Part shown: in pieces, positions 43,040-51,452 of the stretch
Layout: every line of letters begins with the position of its first letter
Position numbering within the stretch: position 1 is the stretch's first letter
Assembly (NCBI GenBank): GCA_963783265.1
Contig: CAWAMU010000017.1
Span: 286-64,285, forward strand
Length of the DNA stretch: 64,000 nucleotides
Direction: 5' to 3'
Source of the DNA: an uncultured Alphaproteobacteria bacterium
GTDB taxonomy: Bacteria > Pseudomonadota > Alphaproteobacteria > Sphingomonadales > Sphingomonadaceae
Program-made: the position numbers and the translations under genes
Notes under the pieces: generated by a model
What the model saw: only the letters and a program-made list of their open reading frames with translations
Told to the model about the DNA's origin: nothing
Databases searched by the model: none

Positions 43040-43273
43040 ATGCCCATGCCAGCCGAACAGATCGAGGCGCTGATCAAGTCCGCCATCCCCGATGCAACGG
43101 TAGAGATAGAGGCGCTGGTCGACGATAACGACCACTGGCTCGCCCGCGTCACTTCTGCCGAGTTCGCCGGAAAAAATCGTGTGCAGCAGCACAAGATGGT
43201 GTTCGCTGCACTGGGTGGCCGCATGGGCGGAGAGCTTCATGCCTTGCAACTGCACACCAGCGTTCCCAACTGA
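43040..43273 (+). CDS. BolA family protein
   Basis: DNDHW..SAEFAGKNRVQQHKMV..LHALQL. Confidence 0.9.
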   Translation: MPMPAEQIEALIKSAIPDATVEIEALVDDNDHWLARVTSAEFAGKNRVQQHKMVFAALGGRMGGELHALQLHTSVPN

Positions 43274-43308
43274 CTGTTATCAGTTTTCTCTATGACGTGG
43301 TGTGACAG

Positions 43309-43650
43309 ATGAGCGATATTAACGCCGAAACCAATGACCGTATCTCCAAGATCGTGAGCGACGCGGACGTCGTCCTGTTCATGAAGGGCACTCCGCTATT
43401 CCCGCAATGCGGTTTTTCCAACCGGGCGGTCTCGATCCTTGACCATTGCGGCGTCGCTTTCGACAGCGTCGACGTTTTGCAGGATCAGGAAATCCGTCAG
43501 GGCATCAAGAGCTTTTCCGACTGGCCAACCATCCCCCAGCTTTACGTAAAGGGTGAATTCGTGGGTGGCAGCGACATCATGATGGAAATGTTCGAGGCCG
43601 GTGAACTGAAGCAACTCCTGGACGAGAAGAAGGTCGAAAAGGCCTCCTGA
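43309..43650 (+). CDS. grxD: Monothiol glutaredoxin Grx4
   Basis: [28 protein letters not shown]. Confidence 0.95.
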   Translation: MSDINAETNDRISKIVSDADVVLFMKGTPLFPQCGFSNRAVSILDHCGVAFDSVDVLQDQEIRQGIKSFSDWPTIPQLYVKGEFVGGSDIMMEMFEAGELKQLLDEKKVEKAS

Positions 43651-43751
43651 TCGGTGCGTGCCTTCGGGCGCGCAAATTCCTCTGTAGCAGACTCTGTTTC
43701 CGTTCAGGAAAACCCGTCTATGCTCCGGATTATACAAATCCTGGAGCACCC

Positions 43752-44634
43752 ATGATCCGCACGCTTTTCACCGCCGCATTCGTTCTCGCCGCTCCTTTGA
43801 CGGCGCAGGCGCAGGACGCAATGCCCGCCGATCTTGCCGAACGTACGACACTGGCCCGAGAGGCTGAAGCCACCGCGCGCGTGATGGCCGATGTGCAGCA
43901 GGCCAGCGCTATCGCGCAGCAGCAATATGCAGGCATGACAGGTGGCGCATTCGGCGATGGCTATCGCGGCGCGGTGGCGTTCCCGGCAGAGACGCTTGGG
44001 GTCTGGAACGTGGTGATCGTGGCAGCGCGCGGTGAAGGCGCGCAGGCCCCTCTGGTGGCCCTTGCAGAGTATGAAATCGCGCAAGGACAGATCCTCTCCG
44101 AAAACTTGCACGACGGCGCTGATGCGCCCGCCGCTGACTGGCATCGCCCAGCAGATGGCCCGCGCGAAATACGTCGCTCCGCGCGCTGTCATCGCCTCAT
44201 CATCGGCAAGCTATTGCCTCGATGGCGAGCCTGCCCAAGCCGGCGCCAGCCATTCTGTCACCTACATTCCGCTGGTCCTGCCGCCAGACGATACTGGCGC
44301 AATGGTTGCCTATGTCCTCAACGGGCCGATTGCCGAGGGCGCGGTGCCTTTGGGCAAGCATTATCGCGTGTCGTTTGACGAGTTCGGGCAAATCGGCGAT
44401 CCTGAAATCGTGACCGACACCTGCGAAGTGGTGACCTGGGATGCCAATGATCCTGACATCGCGACGAAGGTTTACGCGACCGAGTTCGCGCAAGGGACAG
44501 CGCCCACTGCCATCCATAGCTATATCTCCGGCCAGATACCGATGAGCCTGGCCGTCGTGACGGGCGATATCATCTGGCCGATGGCAGGCGGCATGATCGC
44601 CCCGCCGGTGCCTGTCGCCGAAGCGGGTCTCTAG
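43752..44634 (+). CDS. Secreted hypothetical protein (frameshift ~44140)
   Basis: Signal peptide MIRTLFTAAFVLAAPLTAQA. The coding frame switches from ORF 43752-44378 to ORF 44032-44634. Confidence 0.55.
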
Positions 44635-44639
44635 GCCGA

Positions 44640-45257
44640 ATGTGCAACCTGTATCGCATGTCCAGATCGCAGGACGAGGTCGCGCATTTCTTCGATGCAA
44701 TAGCTCAGGATATGTCCGTCGCGCCAGGCGGGAATGCGCCGGAAATGGTCTACCCCGGTTATCCCGGCATGGTGCTGGCGGAGGGCAGGTTGGCGCAAAT
44801 GACCTGGGGCTTTCCTCTCAACCGCACAGGCGCGAAAGGCCAGCCGCTCAAGCCCAAGCCGATCAACAATGCGCGGACGGACAAGCTTTCCAGCGCGTTC
44901 TGGTCCGCCAGTTTCAAGGCGCGCCGCTGCCTCATTCCCCTCTCTGCATTTGCCGAGGCCGAGGGGCCGAAGGGCGGCAAGACCCGTACGTGGTTCAGCC
45001 TGCCGGATAGCGACCTGATGGCCGTGGCCGGGTTCTGGCGTGACAGCGCCGAATGGGGCGAGGCCTATACGATGGTGATGACCGAGGCCTGCATTCACGT
45101 GCAAGGCGTGCATGACAGGATGCCGGTCATCATGCCGCAGTCCGATTGGGAGCAGTGGATGCGGGGAGCGCCCGAAGAGGCCTTCCAGCTATGTCGACCA
45201 TATGGCGGCGAGATGCAGGTAACGCGCACGGATGAGCCGTGGGCCGGTTGGCGGTAG
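44640..45257 (+). CDS. SOS response-associated peptidase (SRAP/HMCES)
   Basis: N-terminal MC, NARTD, RCLIP..FAE, HDRMPVI. Confidence 0.9.
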   Translation: MCNLYRMSRSQDEVAHFFDAIAQDMSVAPGGNAPEMVYPGYPGMVLAEGRLAQMTWGFPLNRTGAKGQPLKPKPINNARTDKLSSAFWSASFKARRCLIPLSAFAEAEGPKGGKTRTWFSLPDSDLMAVAGFWRDSAEWGEAYTMVMTEACIHVQGVHDRMPVIMPQSDWEQWMRGAPEEAFQLCRPYGGEMQVTRTDEPWAGWR

Positions 45258-45264
45258 CGTTCAA

Positions 45265-45362
45265 AGGTTTCGGGGATGTGGTTCTTCGGGGAGGCGGGAC
45301 CGGGAGACTTGGTTGGGGACCATTGGGTCGGTCCCGCCTCGTTCGAAGAACTCTTGGGTACG
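45265..45362 (-). ncRNA. Candidate sigma-54-dependent small RNA (boundaries predicted)
   Basis: Lies downstream of a sigma-54 promoter with no convincing ORF. Forms a long hairpin, 45281-45302 pairing with 45329-45351, with a C-rich 26-nt loop. Confidence 0.4.
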
Positions 45363-45370
45363 CAAACAAC

Positions 45371-45470
45371 ATTGCATGGCCCGTGCCAGTTTGGCCGATC
45401 CACGGATTCCTGCGGTACACGATGGTTCGTGAAACCTTAACGCCGCCAGCTTGTGTCAAGAAATCCGACA
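45371..45470 (-). promoter_or_regulatory. Sigma-54 promoter with candidate enhancer site
   Basis: Minus strand TGGCACGGGCCATGCA (GG at 45387/86, GC at 45375/74). TGTC-N9-GACA palindrome at 45454-45470. Confidence 0.65.
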
Positions 45471-45599
45471 GCGAGACGAGAATCGCGGGGCCTGCCTTCC
45501 GGTCACCGCTTTGCATGACCGATCCGGCCAATCCAGCGGACCTTACACGGCTGTGAAGCGTCCTTCTTGTATACCCCGAGATCAGAAGGACACAGCAAG

Positions 45600-46979
45600 A
45601 TGAGCACGATCAACACCATCAACCCCGCGACTGGCAAAAATCTCGACACCTACGAGGAGATTGACCGGGACGCCGCCTATGCGAAGGTCGATGCCTGTCA
45701 CGATGCTTTCACGAAATGGAAGCTGAAATCTGCCGAAGACCGCGCCGAAGTCATCAAGGCTCTCGGCCAGGCGCTGCGCGACAACAAGGAAGAGCTTGCC
45801 CAGTTGATGACCGACGAGGTCGGCAAGCTGATCAAGGATAGCCGCGACGAAGTGGAACTGTGCGCGGCGATCTGCGACTACACTGCGCAAACTGGCCCCA
45901 AGGAGCTTGCCTCGGAGCCGCGCGATCCATCCAATGCAGGCCGCGGCATTGTCGCCTATGCGCCAATCGGTGTGGTTTATGGCATCCAGCCGTGGAATTT
46001 CCCTGCCTACCAGGTGATCCGCTATGCCATCGCCAGCCTGATGGCGGGTAATGGCGTGCTGCTGAAACATGCGTCCAACTGCACGGGCAGCGGCCTGAAG
46101 ATCGCGGAGATTTTCGAGAAGGGTGGCCTGCCCAAGAACCTGTTTACCGTGCTGGTGATCGATCACGATACGTCAGACGCGATTATCGAACACGACAAGG
46201 TGCGCGGCGTTACGCTCACCGGATCCGACACGGCGGGCAAGCATGTCGGCCAGGCCGCCGCCAAGGTGCTCAAGCCTACAGTGCTCGAGCTTGGCTCCAA
46301 TGATGCCTACCTTGTTCTGGAAGATGCCGATCTCGATACCGCTGTGGAGGTCTGTTCGCAGGCCCGACTGTATAACAACGGCGAAACCTGCATCAACGGA
46401 AAGCGCTTTATCGTGACCGAGAAGGTCTACGACAAGTTCCTCGAGAAGTTCGTTGCCCGCTTCGAAGCGGTGAAAACCGGCAATCCTAACGATGAGGACA
46501 CCGATCTTGGCCCGATGGCCCGGACCGACCTGCGCGAAACGGTCCACGAACAGGTGGAAGACAGCGTGAAGAACGGTGCCAAGATCGAATGCGGCGGCAA
46601 GATCCCCGATGGCGACGGTGCATTCTATCCCGCCACGGTCCTTTCCAATGTAAAGCCCGGTCAGCCTGCCTATGACGACGAGATTTTCGGCCCCGTTGCC
46701 TCCGTCATCAAGGCCAAGGATGATGAAGACGCAATGCGCCTTGCCAATGACAGCCGCTATGGCCTTGGTGGCGGTATCCTCTCGACGAACGAGGAGCGCG
46801 CGATCGAACTGGCTTCGAAGCATTTCGACACCGGCATGATCTTCGTCAACGTGTACGGCGTGGCGGATCCCTCGATGCCCTTCGGCGGGGTGAAGAACTC
46901 GGGCTACGGCCGCGAGCACGGCGGTTTTGGCGTGAAGGAATTCGTAAACGTGAAGAGTATCTTCGTCGGCGCTGCCTGA
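45600..46979 (+). CDS. NAD-dependent succinate-semialdehyde dehydrogenase-like ALDH
   Basis: QPWNFP, LTGS, LELGSND, NNGETC, EIFGPV, PFGGVKNSGYGRE. Confidence 0.9.
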   Translation: MSTINTINPATGKNLDTYEEIDRDAAYAKVDACHDAFTKWKLKSAEDRAEVIKALGQALRDNKEELAQLMTDEVGKLIKDSRDEVELCAAICDYTAQTGPKELASEPRDPSNAGRGIVAYAPIGVVYGIQPWNFPAYQVIRYAIASLMAGNGVLLKHASNCTGSGLKIAEIFEKGGLPKNLFTVLVIDHDTSDAIIEHDKVRGVTLTGSDTAGKHVGQAAAKVLKPTVLELGSNDAYLVLEDADLDTAVEVCSQARLYNNGETCINGKRFIVTEKVYDKFLEKFVARFEAVKTGNPNDEDTDLGPMARTDLRETVHEQVEDSVKNGAKIECGGKIPDGDGAFYPATVLSNVKPGQPAYDDEIFGPVASVIKAKDDEDAMRLANDSRYGLGGGILSTNEERAIELASKHFDTGMIFVNVYGVADPSMPFGGVKNSGYGREHGGFGVKEFVNVKSIFVGAA

Positions 46980-46994
46980 TTGTTTGTTTTACCC

Positions 46995-47220
46995 TCAAAC
47001 GCCGGGCGCAAGCCGTCCGGCTCGCTTGGCTTTCCTCGCCTAGGCTCGGGCGCGCGTTCGCGCTTGCGGTCGCTTCGCGTCCGAGACTAGCGCGACCTTT
47101 GCAAGGGGCTCGAGTTTCGGTCCGCGCCGAGAAGACCGCGAGGCCGAACGGCCGCCCGCAGCGGGCGCAGCTTGCTGCGCATTGAGCGAGGACGATCCCG
47201 CGGAGGCGGAATCGAAAAAT
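46995..47220. repeat. Palindrome-rich intergenic element (REP/MITE-like)
   Basis: About 220 bp non-coding with several short inverted repeats, e.g. GCGCAGC-TT-GCTGCGC at 47165-47180 and GGCCG-AA-CGGCC at 47141-47152. Confidence 0.35.
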
Positions 47221-47224
47221 AGAA

Positions 47225-47301
47225 TGGTGCGCCCAGCAGGAGTCGAACCTGCGGCCTCAGGATTAGAAGTCCCGTGCTCTATCCAGCTGAGCTATGGGCG
47301 C
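47225..47301 (-). tRNA. tRNA-Arg(TCT)
   Basis: GCGCCCA..AGCTCAGCTGGATAGAGC..CT-TCT-AA..GGTTCGACTCC..TGGGCGCACCA, 77 nt. Confidence 0.97.
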
Positions 47302-47355
47302 GTGGCATGGGCGTTTAGCTGCATTTGCGGAATGCGCAAATGCCGCTAGCACCCC

Positions 47356-48083
47356 ATGATGACAAATAAGTCACCCAACCACCCGCCTGCCCCCACATCC
47401 GCACACGCGCAATTCCGCTATTTCGACCTCGTGATGGCGGCGTTTGTGGTGGTGCTGGTGCTGTCCAACGTCATCGGCGCGGCCAAGCTGTCGACGGTGG
47501 CAGGCTTCACCTTTGGCGCCGGCATCCTGTTCTTCCCGTTGTCCTATGTGATCGGCGACGTGCTGACCGAGGTTTACGGATATGCCCGCGCGCGGCGTGT
47601 GATCTGGGCAGGGTTTGCGGCGCTGGTGTTCATGGCCGTGATGAGCTTCGTGGTCGTCTCCCTGCCTCCCTCGGAAAGCTGGACCGGGCAGGAACTCCTA
47701 TGAGCAGATCTTCGGCCAGGTTCCGCGCATCGTCCTTGCATCTATCACCGCCTTCTGGGCGGGAGAATTCGTCAATTCATACGTGATGGCGAAGATGAAG
47801 CTCTGGACACAGGGCAAGGCGCTGTGGGCGCGCACCATCGGCTCCACGGTGGTGGGCCAGGGCGTCGACAGCCTGCTGTTCTACCCGATCGCCTTCCTCG
47901 GCGTTTGGGAGACGAGCGATGTGTTGCTGGTGATGGTGACGAACTGGGCGCTGAAAGTTGGCTGGGAAGCCTTGCTTACGCCCGTTACCTATCGCGTGGT
48001 CGGCTTCCTGAAGAAGCGCGAGGGTGTCGACATTTTCGACGAGGACACCGATTTCTCTCCCTTCGCGGCACGCGAAAACCGAT
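47356..48083 (+). CDS. Queuosine precursor transporter (YhhQ/VUT family; frameshift ~47695)
   Basis: LSNVIGAAK..FFPLSYVIGDVLTEVYGY..RTIGSTVVGQGVDSLLF..K.GWEALLTP. Confidence 0.85.
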
Positions 48084-48110
48084 AGGGAATGGGCGAAATG
48101 GCCGCCGGCG

Positions 48111-48332
48111 TCAGTCCGCCAGCAGCCAGATCGCTAGGTAGATGAGGATGAAGGTGCCGAACCCGGCGACCGCACCAACGGCGAAGATGATACGCACGAT
48201 GAGCGGGTCCATCCCAATGTATTTGGCAATACCGCCGCACACGCCGGCGATCTTGCCGTTGGTCTTGTCGAGGCGGAACTTCTTCTGTCCCGACAACCCT
48301 ACGGGATTGTCTCTGCGGTCAAGGTTGCTCAT
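48111..48332 (-). CDS. Stand-alone PspC-domain protein
   Basis: FRLDKTNGKIAGVCGGIAKYIGMDPLIVRIIF..ILIYLAIWLL. Confidence 0.88.
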   Translation of the reverse strand: MSNLDRRDNPVGLSGQKKFRLDKTNGKIAGVCGGIAKYIGMDPLIVRIIFAVGAVAGFGTFILIYLAIWLLAD

Positions 48333-48451
48333 GCCAGCAAGCCTACGACGGTGGTTGCGTGGGGGTTGGCAAAGCTGCTTACCAGCATGGTGAAAGTAAC
48401 GGCCACGGCGGCGAGGCCGGCCATCAGCTTGTTCTGGAATTCGTTGGTCAT
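48329..48451 (-). CDS. 40-aa hydrophobic peptide
   Basis: AAGGAG RBS. MTNEFQNKLMAGLAAVAVTFTMLVSSFANPHATTVVGLLA. ATGA overlap with the PspC-domain gene. Confidence 0.75.
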   Translation of the reverse strand: MTNEFQNKLMAGLAAVAVTFTMLVSSFANPHATTVVGLLA

Positions 48452-48490
48452 TTCAGTCTCCTTGGGTTTGGTGGTGGTTGGTGGTTGGCG

Positions 48491-48619
48491 TCAGGCAAGA
48501 ATGCTGGCGAAGATGCTCGCTTCGGGTGTCGAGAAGCTGCTGACGAGGATCGTGGTGGTCACGATAATTGCCGAAAGAGCAGCGGTGATGCGAGCGGCGA
48601 AGTCATTGGTGAAAGTCAT
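48491..48619 (-). CDS. 42-aa hydrophobic peptide, paralogue of the 40-aa peptide
   Basis: GAGGG RBS. MTFTNDFAARITAALSAIIVTTTILVSSFSTPEASIFASILA. Confidence 0.75.
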   Translation of the reverse strand: MTFTNDFAARITAALSAIIVTTTILVSSFSTPEASIFASILA

Positions 48620-48671
48620 TTTGTTTCCCTCTTGTGTTAGATCGGAACCATTCCGTCCCATGCACCAAACA

Positions 48672-48779
48672 TTGCACAGGGTGTGCCAGTTTTGAAAAAC
48701 GGCGGAATTCTGCCATTCTCGTTCACCAAACAGAAAGGTTGGCTCGAATGCGAAACCGATATGTGGTGAAATTCACCAA
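48672..48779 (-). promoter_or_regulatory. Sigma-54 promoter with palindromic candidate activator site
   Basis: Minus strand TGGCACACCCTGTGCA (GG at 48687/86, GC at 48675/74). TGGTGAA-A-TTCACCA palindrome at 48764-48778 and a half-site GTTCACCAA at 48721. Confidence 0.78.
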
Positions 48780-48842
48780 TCAATGGGATTGCTAATTGCG
48801 GTGGCGCCGGCCCATCACCTCGCATAGGGATTGCGCGATATC

Positions 48843-49928
48843 ATGGCGCTCGATCGCATCACCCTTTCAACCTTCCGCAATCACGACGGAACGCAGCTGG
48901 ACGATACGCGCCAGATGAACCTGCTGGTGGGGGAGAACGGCGCGGGAAAGACCAATATCCTCGAGGCTCTGTCGCTATTCTCGCCGGGCCGGGGAATGCG
49001 CCGCGCCGCGCTGGCCGATATGGCGGGGCATGCCGGACAGGGCGGCTTTGCAGCCAGCGTCACGCTGGATACGCGCGATGGCGGGGAACCGGTGAAGCTG
49101 GGCACCGGCATGGCGGCAGATCGCCCCGGCAGACGGATCGTACAGGTCAATGGCGCCGAGACCAGTGCCATCAGCCTGGGTGAATGGCTGGCCGTGGGCT
49201 GGCTGACGCCGGCGATGGACCGCCTGTTTGCCGAAAGCGCCGGGGCACGGCGACGCTACATGGATCGCCTTGCCGTGGCTCTGGAGCCGGAACATGCGCG
49301 CAACGCCAGCCGGTATGAAGCCGCCCTGCGCGAACGAAACAAGCTGCTGTCGGACGATATGGAGCCCGACCCTGCATGGCTGGAATCGATAGAAACGCAG
49401 ATGGCACTGGTGGGTGCCGGGCTGGCGCAGGGACGTGCCCGGCTGGTGGGCGCCCTCACCGCGCGGCTGGCCGAACTGCCCGAAGCGCCCTTTGCCCGGC
49501 CCATGTTATCCTACAATCCCGGTGGGGCGCTGACCCAGGGTGATCTCGCCGCGCAATGGCGCGAGGAACGCGGCCGCGACCGCGCGGCGCAGCGAACCTT
49601 GTCCGGCCCGCATCGTGATGAGCTGGGCGTGGCGATGGCGGGCAAAGACATGCCTGCCGCTGAATGTTCGACCGGCGAGCAAAAGGCCATGCTGGTTGCA
49701 ATCACCCTCGCTCATGCAGACCTGGCAGCGCGCGGCAGGCCCGGCGTACTGCTGCTGGACGAGGTTGCCGCGCATCTCGATCCCGTGCGGCGCGAGGCGC
49801 TGTTTGCAAGGTTGCGCGATAGCGGAACGCAGGTGTGGCTCACGGGCACGGAGCCCGCCCCTTTCACGGCGATACTGGAAGAGGCCGCAGTCTGGCGCGT
49901 CGCCGGTGGCGCGGTCGAGCGGACTTAG
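48843..49928 (+). CDS. recF: DNA replication/repair protein RecF
   Basis: FRNH, GENGAGKTNILEALS, GPHRDEL, STGEQKA, LLLDEVAAHLD. Confidence 0.95.
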   Translation: MALDRITLSTFRNHDGTQLDDTRQMNLLVGENGAGKTNILEALSLFSPGRGMRRAALADMAGHAGQGGFAASVTLDTRDGGEPVKLGTGMAADRPGRRIVQVNGAETSAISLGEWLAVGWLTPAMDRLFAESAGARRRYMDRLAVALEPEHARNASRYEAALRERNKLLSDDMEPDPAWLESIETQMALVGAGLAQGRARLVGALTARLAELPEAPFARPMLSYNPGGALTQGDLAAQWREERGRDRAAQRTLSGPHRDELGVAMAGKDMPAAECSTGEQKAMLVAITLAHADLAARGRPGVLLLDEVAAHLDPVRREALFARLRDSGTQVWLTGTEPAPFTAILEEAAVWRVAGGAVERT

Positions 49929-50695
49929 CTTTCGCCTGGCGGCCCCTCGATTTCCGGAAGCGCCGCCGCAACCTCATCCACCGTCGCCTTCACCATCTCT
50001 TCGATGCCTTGCGCAGTGGGATGGATGCGATCGCCCTGCATCAGCTCGGGCCGCTCGAACAGGGGTTCCATGAAAAAGGGCACCAGTGCCGTGCCGTATT
50101 CTCGGGAAAGGTCCGTATATATTCGATCGAACTGGCCGACATACTCCGCCCCGAGATTGGGTGGCGCGCGCATGCCCATCAGGATGACGGGAATATCGCG
50201 CGATTGCACTTCCTCGATGATGGCGGAGAGATTCTCTCGCGTCTGCTCCACGGGAATACCGCGCAGGAGGTCATTTCCGCCCAGCTCGATGATGGCGAGG
50301 TCGATCTCGGTATCGGCATTGTTGTCGAGCACGAAGGCGATCCGCTGCCGCCCTGCCGCCGTGGTATCGCCCGATACGCCTGCATCGATGACGCGCGCGT
50401 TGACGCCCTGCCCCCGCAATGCGCGCTCCAGTGTCTCGGGATAGCCTTGCTGTTCCTCGACATCATAGCCTGCCATCAGGCTGTCACCAAAGCCAAGGAT
50501 GACGCGCTCGGGCCCCATCACGGGCAAAGGGTCTTCCAGCGATGCTGACGGGGTTGCAGCAGGCTCGGAACCCGCGACGGGTGCCTCGGCCCCGCAGGCG
50601 GCCACAGCCAGCACAAGGGGGGCCAGCGCAAGTGGGGCAATGATAGACGAAGCGCGAATGGCGCTAGGCCACCGACTTAGGACTGGCTTGCTCAT
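49925..50695 (-). CDS. Arylesterase/TesA (SGNH-GDSL), probable lipoprotein
   Basis: FGDSL, AGVSGDTTAAG, ELGGND, DRIHP. Lipobox VAAC. Confidence 0.88.
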   Translation of the reverse strand: MSKPVLSRWPSAIRASSIIAPLALAPLVLAVAACGAEAPVAGSEPAATPSASLEDPLPVMGPERVILGFGDSLMAGYDVEEQQGYPETLERALRGQGVNARVIDAGVSGDTTAAGRQRIAFVLDNNADTEIDLAIIELGGNDLLRGIPVEQTRENLSAIIEEVQSRDIPVILMGMRAPPNLGAEYVGQFDRIYTDLSREYGTALVPFFMEPLFERPELMQGDRIHPTAQGIEEMVKATVDEVAAALPEIEGPPGES

Positions 50696-50722
50696 CCCCC
50701 ATAGCTATGCCATCGCCGCCCG

Positions 50723-51448
50723 GTGACAAGCCCTATGACAAGTTCCGATACCGCAAAGCCCGTCATCGCCGCGAAAGACCTGCGCCTTACCCTGGGCGAG
50801 GGCGCCGCTGCGGTAGAGATCCTGCGCGGGATCGACCTGGAGGTGCTGCCCGGAGAAACGCTGGCCCTGCTCGGGCCATCGGGAAGCGGGAAAAGCTCGC
50901 TGATGTCCGTCCTTTCCGGGCTGGAGCAGGCGAGTTCCGGTTCGCTGATCGTTGCCGGAGAGGATTTCACCGCACTTGGCGAGGATGCGCTGGCCATGGC
51001 CCGCCGCGGGCGCATCGGCATCGTGCTGCAGGCTTTCCACCTGCTGCCCACCATGACCGCGATCGAAAACGTGGCCACGCCGATGGAGCTTTCCGGTGAC
51101 AAGGGCGCGTGGGACCGGGCCGCGGAAGAACTTGAATCGGTAGGTCTCGGCCACCGGCTGACACACTACCCCGCACAGCTTTCGGGCGGAGAGCAGCAGC
51201 GCGTGGCCATCGCCCGCGCAATTGCCCCGCGCCCGCCGCTTATCTTTGCCGACGAACCCACCGGCAACCTGGATGCCAGCACGGGAGACAGCGTTGTGGA
51301 CGTATTGTTCCGCCGCCGCGAAGAAACCGGCGCAACGCTGGTTATCATCACCCATGACAAGCACCTTGCCGACATGTGCAACCGCGTGGTGACGCTGGCC
51401 GATGGCCAGATCGCATCCGACACATCCAAGCATTCCGGGGCTGACTGA
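50723..51448 (+). CDS. ABC transporter ATP-binding protein (YbbA-like)
   Basis: GPSGSGKS, LSGGEQQRV, ADEPTGNLD. Confidence 0.93.
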   Translation: MTSPMTSSDTAKPVIAAKDLRLTLGEGAAAVEILRGIDLEVLPGETLALLGPSGSGKSSLMSVLSGLEQASSGSLIVAGEDFTALGEDALAMARRGRIGIVLQAFHLLPTMTAIENVATPMELSGDKGAWDRAAEELESVGLGHRLTHYPAQLSGGEQQRVAIARAIAPRPPLIFADEPTGNLDASTGDSVVDVLFRRREETGATLVIITHDKHLADMCNRVVTLADGQIASDTSKHSGAD

Positions 51449-51452
51449 ACCA

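Noticed and set aside
44640-45257. SRAP gene as a marker of a prophage or mutagenesis cassette
   Set aside because: No phage, imuABC or integrase genes are nearby, and the flanks are ordinary chromosomal genes.
48468-48490. TGG-rich run between the two peptide genes
   Set aside because: A short CCA/CCAA-rich spacer before the RBS on the coding strand. It is too small to support a separate feature.
48329-48619. The two short peptides as type I toxins
   Set aside because: No antisense partner or occluding 5' structure is evident. They have open RBSs, a sigma-54 promoter and coupling to a PspC-domain gene.
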